DNA from: Acholeplasma laidlawii PG-8A
Lineage (GTDB): Bacteria; Bacillota_I; Bacilli_A; Acholeplasmatales; Acholeplasmataceae
Direction of reading: 5' to 3'
Length of the DNA: 32,000 nucleotides
Assembly (NCBI RefSeq): GCF_000018785.1
Contig: NC_010163.1
Location: forward strand, 1,020,001 to 1,052,000
A program made the position numbers and the translations under genes. The stretch's first letter is position 1. Each line of letters opens with the position of its first letter. Shown here one piece after another: positions 1-9,400 of the stretch. Below the pieces are notes generated by a model. It had not been told where the DNA came from. It did not search any database and saw only the letters and a program-made list of their open reading frames with translations.

Positions 1-876
1 AAGTACCCTTCGTTAAAAAAGGTAATTGGTGAAGATATTATTGTCACTGACGGTAACACTTTATTAGGTGCCGATGATAAAGCAGGTGTTGCAGAAATTA
101 TGGAACTACTTCATAGAATCGCTGATGATAAGTCTATCAAACATGGTGACATCTATATTTGTTTCACACCGGATGAAGAAATCGGACAAGGTGCTGATAG
201 ATTTGATTATGAATGGTTCAAAGCTGATTTTGCATATACTTTAGATGGTAGCGAAGTTGGTGGTATTGAATACGAAAACTTTAACGCTGCAAGTGCAGAC
301 GTTAAATTTATCGGTAACTCCATACACCCAGGTAGTGCTAAAAATAAAATGATTAACGCACTTCACCTACAAATGGAGTTCCATAGTATGTTACCTAAGT
401 TTCTAGATCCAGCAATTACTGAAGGTTATGAAGGTTTTAACCACTTATCGAATGTAACTGGTCAAGTTGAAGAGGCTTCTGCACACTATATTATTAGAAA
501 TCACCATATGGCTAAGTTTTTAGAACAACAAAAAACTTTTGAAGCGATTAAAAACTATATGAATGAAAAGTATGGTTATGAAGCTGTTGTATTACATATT
601 AAAGAATCTTACTTAAATATGTATGAAATTATTAAAGATCACATGTACGTGATTGATTATGCAGTCAATGCAACCAAAGCTGCAGGCTTAACGCCTAAAT
701 TTGAAGCAATTCGTGGCGGTACAGATGGCGCTAGATTAACTTATGGTGGACTTATTTGTCCAAACCTCGGTACAGGTGCATATCACTTCCATGGACGTTT
801 AGAGTTTGCAAGTATTAACCAAATGGAAAAAGCTGTTGAAGTTATGTTTAATATCATAAAGGAAGTACAAAAATAA
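1..876 (+). CDS. pepT: Peptidase T (tripeptide aminopeptidase, M20 family), 5' truncated by window edge
   Basis: Frame is open from base 1 (KYPSLKKVIGEDIIVTDGNTLLGADDKAGVAEIMELLHR...), continuous with ORF 100..876. Motifs LLGADDKAG, TPDEEIGQGAD, RGGTDGARLTYGGLICPNLGTG are typical of PepT. Confidence 0.93.
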   Translation, partial: KYPSLKKVIGEDIIVTDGNTLLGADDKAGVAEIMELLHRIADDKSIKHGDIYICFTPDEEIGQGADRFDYEWFKADFAYTLDGSEVGGIEYENFNAASADVKFIGNSIHPGSAKNKMINALHLQMEFHSMLPKFLDPAITEGYEGFNHLSNVTGQVEEASAHYIIRNHHMAKFLEQQKTFEAIKNYMNEKYGYEAVVLHIKESYLNMYEIIKDHMYVIDYAVNATKAAGLTPKFEAIRGGTDGARLTYGGLICPNLGTGAYHFHGRLEFASINQMEKAVEVMFNIIKEVQK

Positions 877-892
877 AAGGAGGTTTTATTTT

Positions 893-1888
893 ATGTATGT
901 AGCAAACCCAGATAGATATCAAAAGATGCAGTATCGTAGATTGGGTAACAGTGGTTTAGTGTTACCTGTGCTATCTTTTGGTATGTGGTATAACTTTGGT
1001 GAGCATAATGATTATGATACATCCAAAGCAATGATTTTAAAAGCATTTGATCACGGTATCACACACTTTGATCTTGCGAATAATTATGGTCCACCTCCCG
1101 GACATGCAGAGACTGTAATGGGTCGCATTTTAAACGACGGTCTTATAGCTTATAGAGATGAAATCATTATTTCTACTAAAGCAGGATTTAGAATGCATGA
1201 TGGTCCTTATCAAGATGGCGGTTCAAGAAAGTACTTAATGTCTTCGCTTGATCAATCACTAAAAAGATTAGGTATCCCATATGTTGATATCTTCTACCAT
1301 CATAGATATGATAGTCAAACATCTTTAAGAGAGACAATGATTGCATTAAGGGATATTGTTTTAAGCGGTAAAGCATTATATGTAGGTTTATCAAACTATA
1401 ATGCAGAACAACTAAAAACAGCGCATAAAATACTTAATGAACTCAATGTTCCATATGTCATTACTCAGCCAAGCTATTCCATGTTAAATCGCTGGATTGA
1501 AAAAGATAATTTATTAGAAACTCAAAAAAACCTAGGTGGTGGCGTTATTTGTTATTCAGCACTCGCACAAGGTTTACTCACTAATAAGTATATTACAGGC
1601 ATTCCAAGTGATTCACGTGCCAAAAACCCTGACGCACTTTGGTTTAAAGAAAAAGATGTCACACCTGAAGTTGTTGAAAAGTTAAAAAAACTGGACTTGA
1701 TCGCATCCAAACGCGGTCAAACAATTGCACAAATGGCACTTGTTTGGACCTTAAGAGATGAAAAGATGACTTCTACTTTAATTTCTACATCAAAACCTAA
1801 ACAACTAGAAGAGAACCTAGCTGCATTAGATAATATGAATTTTACAGAAGATGAATTACTACAAATCGATCACATTTTAAATAGTTAG
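893..1888 (+). CDS. Aldo/keto reductase (YghZ/YajO-like, L-glyceraldehyde 3-phosphate reductase-like)
   Basis: MQYRRLGNSGLVLPVLSFGMW, HFDLANNYGPPPGHAE, IPYVDIFYHHRYD motifs; aaaggaggt RBS upstream. Confidence 0.88.
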   Translation: MYVANPDRYQKMQYRRLGNSGLVLPVLSFGMWYNFGEHNDYDTSKAMILKAFDHGITHFDLANNYGPPPGHAETVMGRILNDGLIAYRDEIIISTKAGFRMHDGPYQDGGSRKYLMSSLDQSLKRLGIPYVDIFYHHRYDSQTSLRETMIALRDIVLSGKALYVGLSNYNAEQLKTAHKILNELNVPYVITQPSYSMLNRWIEKDNLLETQKNLGGGVICYSALAQGLLTNKYITGIPSDSRAKNPDALWFKEKDVTPEVVEKLKKLDLIASKRGQTIAQMALVWTLRDEKMTSTLISTSKPKQLEENLAALDNMNFTEDELLQIDHILNS

Positions 1889-1894
1889 TATAGT

Positions 1895-1927
1895 TAAAGG
1901 CACCTTTAAAGGTGCCTTTATTTTTAT
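1895..1927 (+). terminator. Rho-independent terminator
   Basis: Perfect 9-bp stem AAAGGCACC-TTTAAA-GGTGCCTTT (1896-1904/1911-1919) followed by tttatttttat. Confidence 0.85.
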
Positions 1928-3141
1928 AATTTATCAAAATAACCTTCTAAATATAAATTAAGTATTTTTTTATCTTTCCTAATGCCTAATGCACTTAAGT
2001 AGTTTAACTTAGAAAACGGATTTTTTGAAACATAAATCATTTCCTTAAAGTCAAAGTGACTACTATCAAATAATAACATATCATGTGTTGTACAGTTTAA
2101 CTTTATATGTTTTAGACTTAAGATAGGTCGCACCTTTTTTAACCATCTAGTAAATGATGCATGATCGATATGACTTGTCACATCCTCAATAAAGATTGCG
2201 TCATAAACTTTAGCGTTTGAAATCATCATACTTAAAACAAGAATCGCTTTTTCACCTTTGGATAAGTCGCTAAAGTTTAGTATCTTTCCATCATTGTAAT
2301 GAACATCAATTGCATGTATAGACAATTCGTTTAGATTGCGACCACTTAATTTGTAAAACTCATCATATACTTCAATAAAAAAGTTTGATGTATTAAACTT
2401 CGTGACATGATTTCTAAACTCATCTAATAGATGATCATAACGGTGTCTATTTAAGCGATACCTCAAATCATCTAAGGTTACTTCTTTATATTGAAGCGAA
2501 TGTATTTGAGGTAGTACAGATTGTACCAATTTTAATACACTCACATAATGACTCTCATCCATATCTGTATAGAAGTTGATATGATTATCCGGTCTTAGAA
2601 ATTTTAGTTTATGGATATAGTCTGCTAGTTTTGAAAGTATGAGTGCACCCTTACTTTCAGAAAAGTCTTTTAATCTTAAGTGATTTAATATAAACTCACG
2701 TTTATCAAATCTTAAATCATATAGATAGGTTTTAAATCTTTCAAAATCAAATGGCGTAAATATTCTTTCTAATTTATCACCAATCGTAATATCATATCCA
2801 TCTCTTATAAAATACACATACTTGGATGTTTTAGTGACTTGTTCTAATGCCTCATAAAGTATTTCACTTTTATCATAATTAAGTGTTGTATGATAATGAA
2901 TCATCTGATTATCTATCATGAATTCAATGGTGTAGGTGGTCTTTATTTCATCAGGTATACGTTCAACTGATCGCATACCATATAAAAACACTTCTTTAAA
3001 CTGTTTTATAGCTTCAAACACTAGTGATTTACCAGAACCTACTTTACCAAATAACATATTAAAGATAAGCTGATCATCAAAGTTTAGAGTAACCTCATTA
3101 TGTATTGATTTGAAATTTGATATTTTTATACTATTTATCAT
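1924..3141 (-). CDS. AAA family ATPase (AAA15/SMC-like ATP-binding protein), function unknown
   Basis: N-terminal INSIKISNFKSIHNEVTLNFDDQLIFNMLFGKVGSGKS (Walker A); C-terminal LSKGEKAILVLSMMISNAKVYDAIFIEDVTSHID (signature/Walker B-like). Confidence 0.7.
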   Translation of the reverse strand: MINSIKISNFKSIHNEVTLNFDDQLIFNMLFGKVGSGKSLVFEAIKQFKEVFLYGMRSVERIPDEIKTTYTIEFMIDNQMIHYHTTLNYDKSEILYEALEQVTKTSKYVYFIRDGYDITIGDKLERIFTPFDFERFKTYLYDLRFDKREFILNHLRLKDFSESKGALILSKLADYIHKLKFLRPDNHINFYTDMDESHYVSVLKLVQSVLPQIHSLQYKEVTLDDLRYRLNRHRYDHLLDEFRNHVTKFNTSNFFIEVYDEFYKLSGRNLNELSIHAIDVHYNDGKILNFSDLSKGEKAILVLSMMISNAKVYDAIFIEDVTSHIDHASFTRWLKKVRPILSLKHIKLNCTTHDMLLFDSSHFDFKEMIYVSKNPFSKLNYLSALGIRKDKKILNLYLEGYFDKL

Positions 3142-3280
3142 ATTATTCGTAATTCCTTATCTATATTTTATATATTAAGATGTCTATATAATCTATCTTA
3201 CGATTATTTCGTTTATATTGCAAGAAGTTAGTAAAAGAAGATGTCTCTATATATAATATACAAGAATTAGAAAAAGGATA

Positions 3281-4021
3281 ATGATATATATGATTAAATT
3301 AGAACATATAAGTAAATCATTTAAGACAAAAAATAACAGTGTTTGTGCACTCGATGATATTTCACTTGAAATCCATGATGGTGAGATATTTGGCATCATT
3401 GGAAAAAGTGGTGTTGGTAAATCCACGCTACTAAAGATACTATCTTTATCAATGATGTATGATACCGGCACATACACATTAATGGATATAGATGTTAAAA
3501 CGTTAACTCATAAAGATAAGGTTAAACTTCTACAAAACACTTCGTTTATTTATCAAAACTTTTCCTTACTATATAACTTAAATGTTTTAGATAATGTCAG
3601 TTTACCTTTAAAGTTACGTGGTGTCGATAAACTAACCCGTCATCAAAAGGCTAGAGAGATGTTAGCCTTTGTCGGCCTAGATTCTAAAGCACTAGATTAT
3701 CCAATCACCTTATCTGGTGGCGAGGCACAGCGTATCAGTATTGCTAGAGCGTTAATTACAGATCCTAAACTACTTTTTTTAGATGAACCCACTTCAGCAC
3801 TTGATGAAGAAACTGCCTATGATATTTTAAAGCTTATTAGAAAACTACATGAAACCTTCAAACCTACGATTGTATTTGTCTCACACCAAATACAATCCAT
3901 CAAGTATCTATGTGACCGAGTGATGATGCTTGGAGATAATAAGATTAAACATATTGGAAAAATTGATAAATTAAGTACACTCTCCACCACTTATGATGCA
4001 ATCTGGGGTGACAGACTATGA
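3281..4021 (+). CDS. metN: ABC transporter ATP-binding protein, MetN-like (start may be 3290)
   Basis: Walker A GKSGVGKST, signature LSGGEAQRISIARAL, Walker B LLFLDEPTSALDEET; followed by MetI and MetQ homologues. Overlaps the next ORF by ATGA. Confidence 0.82.
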   Translation: MIYMIKLEHISKSFKTKNNSVCALDDISLEIHDGEIFGIIGKSGVGKSTLLKILSLSMMYDTGTYTLMDIDVKTLTHKDKVKLLQNTSFIYQNFSLLYNLNVLDNVSLPLKLRGVDKLTRHQKAREMLAFVGLDSKALDYPITLSGGEAQRISIARALITDPKLLFLDEPTSALDEETAYDILKLIRKLHETFKPTIVFVSHQIQSIKYLCDRVMMLGDNKIKHIGKIDKLSTLSTTYDAIWGDRL

Positions 4022-4697
4022 TCATGTTTATCAGTCAAATAGATCAATTAAAACTCATAGATGCTGCACTTGAAACATTCAATCTATTATTGGTAAGTAC
4101 ATTAATATCCTTACCAATTGGTACATTACTTGGTATGATGTTTGCACTTTATGAAAAGAAAGTATTTCATCAGTTTAAATCTCTTGTACATATACTTTCT
4201 ATTTTAGTAAGTATCATACGTTCCATTCCATTTGTTTTATTGATGGTTATCATCATACCAACATCATTTGATCTATTTGGTACAAGTATTGGTTTCATAC
4301 CTTCTATTATGGCATTAAGCCTGATTGGAATAGCTACATTAGCTAGACTCGTGGAACAAGCTATCATAGATATGAATCCAATGATAATTGATATTGCACA
4401 CACAATGGGTGCATCTAAATATCAATTATTTAAAGAGTTTATCTTTGTAGAAGCAAGATCATCCATAATCTTAGCGTTTACTTCGTTTTTGGTAAGTCTA
4501 CTTGCTTATTCTTCTGTGGTTTATATTATCGGTGGTGGAGGATTAGGCTATACTGCGATTCAATAGGTTATTACTCACCTGTTGGTAAAACCTTAATGTG
4601 GGCTTCAACCATTATTATGATTCTAATTGTACAAGTAGTTCAACTACTTGGAAATATACTTGCAAATTATTTAAACAAAAAGAAAAGAGGTCATTAA
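4018..4697 (+). pseudogene. metI: ABC transporter permease, MetI-like, with apparent -1 frameshift near 4560-4566
   Basis: ORF 4018..4566 stops at ...VGGGGLGYTAIQ*. The frame starting at ATA 4563 continues IGYYSPVGKTLMWASTIIMILIVQVVQLLGNILANYLNKKKRGH* to 4697, which restores the usual MetI C-terminus (A-I-x-x-G-Y-Y...). Confidence 0.78.
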
Positions 4698-4698
4698 C

Positions 4699-5502
4699 AT
4701 GAAAAAATTATTACTTATCACAACTACCATACTTTTAGGCTTATTAACTGCTTGTACATCTTCTGATGATGTATTAAAAATTGGCGTAAACTTTTATCCG
4801 ATGCCTGAGTTACTTGATTTAATTGAAGCGGATTTATTAGAAAAAGGTATTAAAATTGAACAAGTTCAAATGGATTACAACGTATTAAACACGCCACTAA
4901 ATAACGGTGAAATTGATGGAAACATGGTACAACATCAATACTTTATGGAATTCTTTAATAAGGCTAATAACGCAGAACTTGTCATTGCACAACCAATTTA
5001 TCATTCTTACTTTGCATTATATTCAGGTGTTTATGATACGTTAGAAGATATTCCAAATGGTACAACAATTTATGTACCTGAAGATGTCGTCAATCTACCT
5101 AGAGCTTTAATCTTACTAGATAGTTTAGGATTAATCACTTTAAAAGAAGGCATTGATGTCACAGCTACATTAGATGATATTGAATCAAACCCTAAATCCC
5201 TTGTATTTGAAACAAGATCCCTTGGTACAACATCAAGTGCATACCATTCAGATGGTTCTAAACTAGCGATTATGTATCCGACTTATGCAAGAGATACAAA
5301 TAATCAATTAATGGATGATAGTCAAGTTTTAGAATATGAAGAATTAAATGATTTAACTAAGACCTATGCGATTAGTTTTGTAACTAGAAAAGATAATTTA
5401 AATGATCCTAGAATTCAAACATTTATCGAGATTCTTACATCCGGTAAAGTAAGAACTTGGTTAGAAACGAATTACGGTTGGGCTGCTACACCTGCATTCT
5501 AA
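4699..5502 (+). CDS. metQ: MetQ/NlpA-family substrate-binding lipoprotein
   Basis: Lipoprotein signal MKKLLLITTTILLGLLTAC; LKIGVNFYPMPELLDL, GNMVQHQYFMEFFNK, SFVTRKDNLNDPRIQTF; adjacent to metNI. Confidence 0.87.
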   Translation: MKKLLLITTTILLGLLTACTSSDDVLKIGVNFYPMPELLDLIEADLLEKGIKIEQVQMDYNVLNTPLNNGEIDGNMVQHQYFMEFFNKANNAELVIAQPIYHSYFALYSGVYDTLEDIPNGTTIYVPEDVVNLPRALILLDSLGLITLKEGIDVTATLDDIESNPKSLVFETRSLGTTSSAYHSDGSKLAIMYPTYARDTNNQLMDDSQVLEYEELNDLTKTYAISFVTRKDNLNDPRIQTFIEILTSGKVRTWLETNYGWAATPAF

Positions 5503-5519
5503 GACTTTAAAAAAAACCT

Positions 5520-5557
5520 CATTTGTGATATATTAAATACAAGTGAGGTATTTTTTT
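5520..5557 (+). terminator. Rho-independent terminator downstream of metQ, overlapping the RBS region of the next gene
   Basis: ACCTCATTTG...CAAGTGAGGT inverted repeat (one wobble), then a run of T. Confidence 0.6.
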
Positions 5558-6376
5558 ATGGACATTTTAAAAACATTTTTAACTGAGTGGTTAACAGGTC
5601 TAGCATTTGACCCTGTATTAGTTAGTTTAATCGTTACTGTTGCTTCAATTTTTGGTTGGATACTTATTGGTTCTGTCTTTCATATGGTCATTAAATTGGT
5701 CATTTCAAGACTTAAAGCTAAAGAAAAACGTATGGTGAGACGTCAACGTACTGTTGCAGCACTCATATTGGCCCTTATTAAGTATTTGTTCTGGTTTGTT
5801 ATGGCCATGATGGTCTTAAAAGAATTTGGCCTTGATTTAGCCCCAATCCTTGCAAGTGCCGGTATCTTAGGTTTTGCTGTTGGCTTTGGTGCACAAGAAC
5901 TTATTAAAGACATGATAGCTGGATTCTTTATTATTTTTGAAGGTGCGATGAGTGTAGGAGATTTTGTTGAAGTTGGTAATTTTTCCGGTACCGTTCAAGA
6001 AGTAGGTATTAGACGTACCAAAATCTTAAATTGGAAGAATGAATTGAGATTAGTGAATAATGGTGATATTAAATCACTAACCAATTTTGCAGGTAGAGAT
6101 TCAGTGGGTGTTGTAGAGTTTTTCGTATCTGCTCAGTTTGATATAAATCATTTTACAAGTGATTCATTTAATGAGCTACTAGCTAGTTATAAAAAGTATG
6201 ACGCTATTACTGAACTTCCAAGTTATCAAGGGGTAGTGGATACACAGTTACATAATTTAAAACTAAGAGTTATTTTTAAGACTCAAAATCAAAAGCATTA
6301 CAGTATCGAAAGAGATTTAAGACGCGATATTCAAGTGTTTATTCAAAGCATTCGAGAAGAAACTAAAGTGTTTTAG
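5558..6376 (+). CDS. Small-conductance mechanosensitive channel, MscS family (ORF track starts at GTG 5543; ATG 5558 more likely)
   Basis: ASAGILGFAVGFGAQELIKDMIAGFFIIFEGAMSVGDFVEVGNFSGTVQEVGIRRTKI is classic MscS TM3/beta domain. Confidence 0.93.
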   Translation: MDILKTFLTEWLTGLAFDPVLVSLIVTVASIFGWILIGSVFHMVIKLVISRLKAKEKRMVRRQRTVAALILALIKYLFWFVMAMMVLKEFGLDLAPILASAGILGFAVGFGAQELIKDMIAGFFIIFEGAMSVGDFVEVGNFSGTVQEVGIRRTKILNWKNELRLVNNGDIKSLTNFAGRDSVGVVEFFVSAQFDINHFTSDSFNELLASYKKYDAITELPSYQGVVDTQLHNLKLRVIFKTQNQKHYSIERDLRRDIQVFIQSIREETKVF

Positions 6377-6379
6377 AAA

Positions 6380-6431
6380 AAAGCCGACTAGGTAAGAATG
6401 GGAGACATTCTAGTACCTAGTCGGTTTTTAT
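6380..6431. terminator. Bidirectional terminator between convergent genes
   Basis: CCGACTAGGTA (6384-6394)/TACCTAGTCGG (6414-6424) with nested AGAATG/CATTCT stem. A-run on the left and T-run on the right. Confidence 0.88.
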
Positions 6432-6443
6432 TTTTATATATGA

Positions 6444-8681
6444 TTAATTTCTATTTGGATTCCATTCAATAGGGTGTTCTTTCCATACTGTGAAATCTAT
6501 ACCTGGTACATTTGTTTGATCTGTTGGGTTTGTAGGTAATAATAACTCCCAAAAAGACCCGTCGTATATAACAAAATCACCTTGTAGATATCTATTTGTT
6601 GATACCCAAACATCAGTTAACTCGTTCCAACCATTTCTACTAGTACCTGGCTCTGAAGTATTAGTTGTATCATGATTACCATACCATACATAATATTTAC
6701 CTTCATGTTCTACGATGCTCACTTTAGAACCTGAGCGATAATACATCGCTGTAGGGCTCCATTTTAATGATAATGGTTGCCACGCTCCAGAAACACCTGG
6801 TATTTGATTTTGTGAAGTCCCACTTCTTAGAATGTAGAGATCATTATTATAACTAACGATTGAATCTTGAACGTATGTATTTTTAAAGTCCCAATTTTCT
6901 TCTAATGACCACCAACCTGATGTTGTCTCTGGATTGGTGTTTATTGTTGCTGTTGGGTTATTCCAAAAGTATCTTTTACCATTGTAGATTATACTATCAT
7001 AACGGTTATAAGTTGTTGTAGATAGATAATTTCCACGATGATTGAGTAATCTCCAGTTTGCACTTGAACCCGGTGTATTACCAGTACTTACAGCATTAAC
7101 TGCAATGTAGTATTGATTATTATAAGAGACAATACTTTGAACTGGATATGCTCTATTAACATATTCTATGCCAAGTCGTTGATATCCATAAGCACCTAGT
7201 GCAGGTACACTCCAGTTTTCAGCTACCGTTACTTTATAATAATATCCCTCATGATATACATACTCGCCTGACTGATATTTACCCTTATTATGCTCACTGT
7301 AATTGATACTCATGTATTTTAAATTGTAGTGTTGTTCAATAATTTCACTATGTGCGGTAAAACTACCGTAAGACACATACCATGACTTAATATCATTAGA
7401 TAGTGTATAAGTTACATCGCCAGGAGTATATACTTTACCTGTTTCATGTTCTAAACCTAAGAGTTCCCATGCCCATGCTAGTGGTGGAGGATTTCCAGCC
7501 CATACATTAGCTTTTGCACGATAAAATTTATTATTATAGTAAATAATTTCACCAGCTAAGTAAGCTCTTGTATCAGAGTAGTATACAGAAATAGTTTGCC
7601 ATGCCCAAGGAGATGCATCTGGTTCTGCACCTGTAGATGCTTGTCTAGCTTTATAATAACCAGCGTTAACCCCATTACCACTTAAGTCATCATAGTAGAC
7701 CATATCACCAGATTTATACGTAACATTTGGTTGCCAAGTTGGCACCATGGAAGGTGCATACAACACATCTTCTAATCCCCAACTTGTAATTGGCCCATAA
7801 GTTATTTGAATTTCAATTGTATTTCCATTTCTTGAGACTGTGAAATTAAGATGGTTTACTAAATTAATTCTAACATCATAAGTACCCGCAGGAAGTGTTA
7901 AACGGTTAGATAGTGCAGATCTTGTATGCCAAATATAACTAAAGTTATTTGTACCTGATTTAAACTCCACATACACACCACGCGTATATTGAGGATTAGA
8001 TACTCCATTAAAAATAACATTTAATGATTGACCTGAGATATTGGAAGGTACATTAAATTGCTTAATTACGTGATTAGAAGCTGCTAGATTCCAATTTGAA
8101 GATCGATTAGTTTGAACAGCTGATACTACTAAACTTAGTTTTAAAACGGCATTATTTGATAAGTCGTTTAATACACTTGTATTCACAGATGCATTAGTGA
8201 TAAATCCAACATCAAATGGTGTTAAGCCTTTTGATAAGACTTGATCATGCATATAGTATCCTGAATTATCGATACGGTTTGATTGTGCATAATTCCATGT
8301 AAACACATTAGGTTTATTTTGTACAACGTTGTTTACAGTCCATACTTCGACTAATTTAAATCGAACATTAACCGTTTTTAATGCAGTGATTAAAACATTT
8401 ATTGAAAGCGGAAAAGTTGAACCACTTAAATTATTTGAGATTTGTGATTTAGTAAATTGAATTGCATATTCTGTTTGATTATAATAACTACTGTTATAGT
8501 CTAGTGGTTGAGAACCTAATTGTACTCTTGCACTTGATGATATAAGTTCTGTACTACGTGCATTAAGGTCAAGTGCCTCAGTTGAAGGTTGTAGTGTAAA
8601 CCATGCATAAGCACCTACTATTGTTGATAGGAAAACGGTTGTCATAAGAAATAATATAATGATTTTTTTTATTTTTCTCAT
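6444..8681 (-). CDS. Secreted multi-repeat protein: SipW/TasA-like N-terminus plus ~8 C-terminal CBM5/12-like (chitin-binding type 3-like) repeats; putative adhesin
   Basis: N-terminus MRKIKKIIILFLMTTVFLSTIVGAYAWFTLQPSTE; recurring GDxVYYxxxYYxA...PG...W motifs (YKSGDMVYYDD, YLAGEIIYYNNKFYRAK, YQSGEYVYHEGYYYKV, VQSIVSYNNQYYIAV, RYDSIIYNGKRYFW, VQDSIVSYNNDLYIL, LQGDFVIYDGSFWEL). Confidence 0.75.
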   Translation of the reverse strand: MRKIKKIIILFLMTTVFLSTIVGAYAWFTLQPSTEALDLNARSTELISSSARVQLGSQPLDYNSSYYNQTEYAIQFTKSQISNNLSGSTFPLSINVLITALKTVNVRFKLVEVWTVNNVVQNKPNVFTWNYAQSNRIDNSGYYMHDQVLSKGLTPFDVGFITNASVNTSVLNDLSNNAVLKLSLVVSAVQTNRSSNWNLAASNHVIKQFNVPSNISGQSLNVIFNGVSNPQYTRGVYVEFKSGTNNFSYIWHTRSALSNRLTLPAGTYDVRINLVNHLNFTVSRNGNTIEIQITYGPITSWGLEDVLYAPSMVPTWQPNVTYKSGDMVYYDDLSGNGVNAGYYKARQASTGAEPDASPWAWQTISVYYSDTRAYLAGEIIYYNNKFYRAKANVWAGNPPPLAWAWELLGLEHETGKVYTPGDVTYTLSNDIKSWYVSYGSFTAHSEIIEQHYNLKYMSINYSEHNKGKYQSGEYVYHEGYYYKVTVAENWSVPALGAYGYQRLGIEYVNRAYPVQSIVSYNNQYYIAVNAVSTGNTPGSSANWRLLNHRGNYLSTTTYNRYDSIIYNGKRYFWNNPTATINTNPETTSGWWSLEENWDFKNTYVQDSIVSYNNDLYILRSGTSQNQIPGVSGAWQPLSLKWSPTAMYYRSGSKVSIVEHEGKYYVWYGNHDTTNTSEPGTSRNGWNELTDVWVSTNRYLQGDFVIYDGSFWELLLPTNPTDQTNVPGIDFTVWKEHPIEWNPNRN
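6450..7790 (-). repeat. Diverged tandem protein repeats (CBM5/12-like), approximate extent
   Basis: About 45-60 aa spaced repeats in the C-terminal ~440 aa of the 745-aa ORF. Confidence 0.65.
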
Positions 8682-8685
8682 AGTA

Positions 8686-9318
8686 TTACACCATAACCTT
8701 TACACGGTATACGAGTGCATGATACACAGACTTTTGAGCCGTTGTAAGACCATCATAAGCGCCCCAAACATAAATGTATACACGTATAGATGATTCACCT
8801 TGAAGTGAAAATCCTGCTAAATTATGTTGATTCATCGCTGTAAACACACTACCAGTTGATTGGAAATATTGAAATCTATTTGCCATGTATACAGTTTGTG
8901 TTAATGTAGGATGTTCTTCTAGCACAAGATATTTTAAACCAGCTTGATTACCAGCATACACACCAAATTCAGGTGCTGCTACAACATTAAGTTGTAGATT
9001 CACATTCACTGATGTTAATCCTGGATTAGTAATAACAATTTCAAGTACTGATGCATATCCATAAAAGTTAAAACTTGTATCATTAAAATCACTATCATTT
9101 AAGTAAACTAAGTCTCTTATGCGATCTCCTAAAAAGATACCTTCAGTTTCAGCATCAATTTCTAAGACATCCTCATTACCCATTAATGAACCTTCAAAGT
9201 AATCTACATTTGCACGATTGCCATAGTCAATAAACCAAGCAAAAACGCCAGTTGCCATGGAAGCCACTGATACAAGTAAGAATATGATTAAGATAACTGA
9301 TCTTCTTAATGATTTCAT
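8686..9318 (-). CDS. TasA/camelysin-like SipW-dependent secreted protein
   Basis: MKSLRRSVILIIFLLVSVASMATGVFAWFIDYGNRANVDYFEG N-terminus, small beta-rich body, downstream of a c-di-GMP riboswitch. Confidence 0.6.
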   Translation of the reverse strand: MKSLRRSVILIIFLLVSVASMATGVFAWFIDYGNRANVDYFEGSLMGNEDVLEIDAETEGIFLGDRIRDLVYLNDSDFNDTSFNFYGYASVLEIVITNPGLTSVNVNLQLNVVAAPEFGVYAGNQAGLKYLVLEEHPTLTQTVYMANRFQYFQSTGSVFTAMNQHNLAGFSLQGESSIRVYIYVWGAYDGLTTAQKSVYHALVYRVKVMV

Positions 9319-9333
9319 ACGTACCTTTCCGAT

Positions 9334-9400
9334 GCAACTGGCTGTCTATTACTAATTAGACCCTTTAGTTTTGCGTCCTTAAGTTACCTTAAGTTTGCCT
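9334..9400 (-). promoter_or_regulatory. c-di-GMP-I (GEMM-I) riboswitch aptamer, intra-cluster, no evident own terminator
   Basis: Minus strand: GGCAAACTTAAGGTAACTTAAGGACGCAAAACTAAAGGGTCTAATTAGTAATAGACAGCCAGTTGC. It has P2 CTTAAG-GTAA-CTTAAG (GNRA loop), the GACGCAAAACTA core, GGGTCT/AGACAGCC P3 and a GGCAA/TTGC P1. Confidence 0.88.

Noticed and set aside
1188-1394. Minus-strand ORF antisense to the aldo/keto reductase
   Set aside because: Fully inside a strongly supported CDS, low complexity, no RBS or domain; a chance ORF.
3177-3262. Direct repeat AGATGTCTATATAAT / AGATGTCTCTATATATAAT upstream of metN
   Set aside because: Short, AT-rich and imperfect; may be promoter-related, but I cannot distinguish it from chance and see no S-box or T-box structure.
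3247-3477. Minus-strand ORF across the metN start
   Set aside because: Antisense to conserved metN motifs with no plausible product.
5543-5557. GTG start at 5543 for the MscS gene
   Set aside because: The extra residues MRYFF come from the metQ terminator arm and T-run. ATG 5558 follows GAGG and gives a normal N-terminus.
6450-7790. CRISPR or DNA-level tandem repeat array
   Set aside because: Repeats are visible only at diverged protein level (CBM-like modules); DNA units are not identical and there are no spacers.
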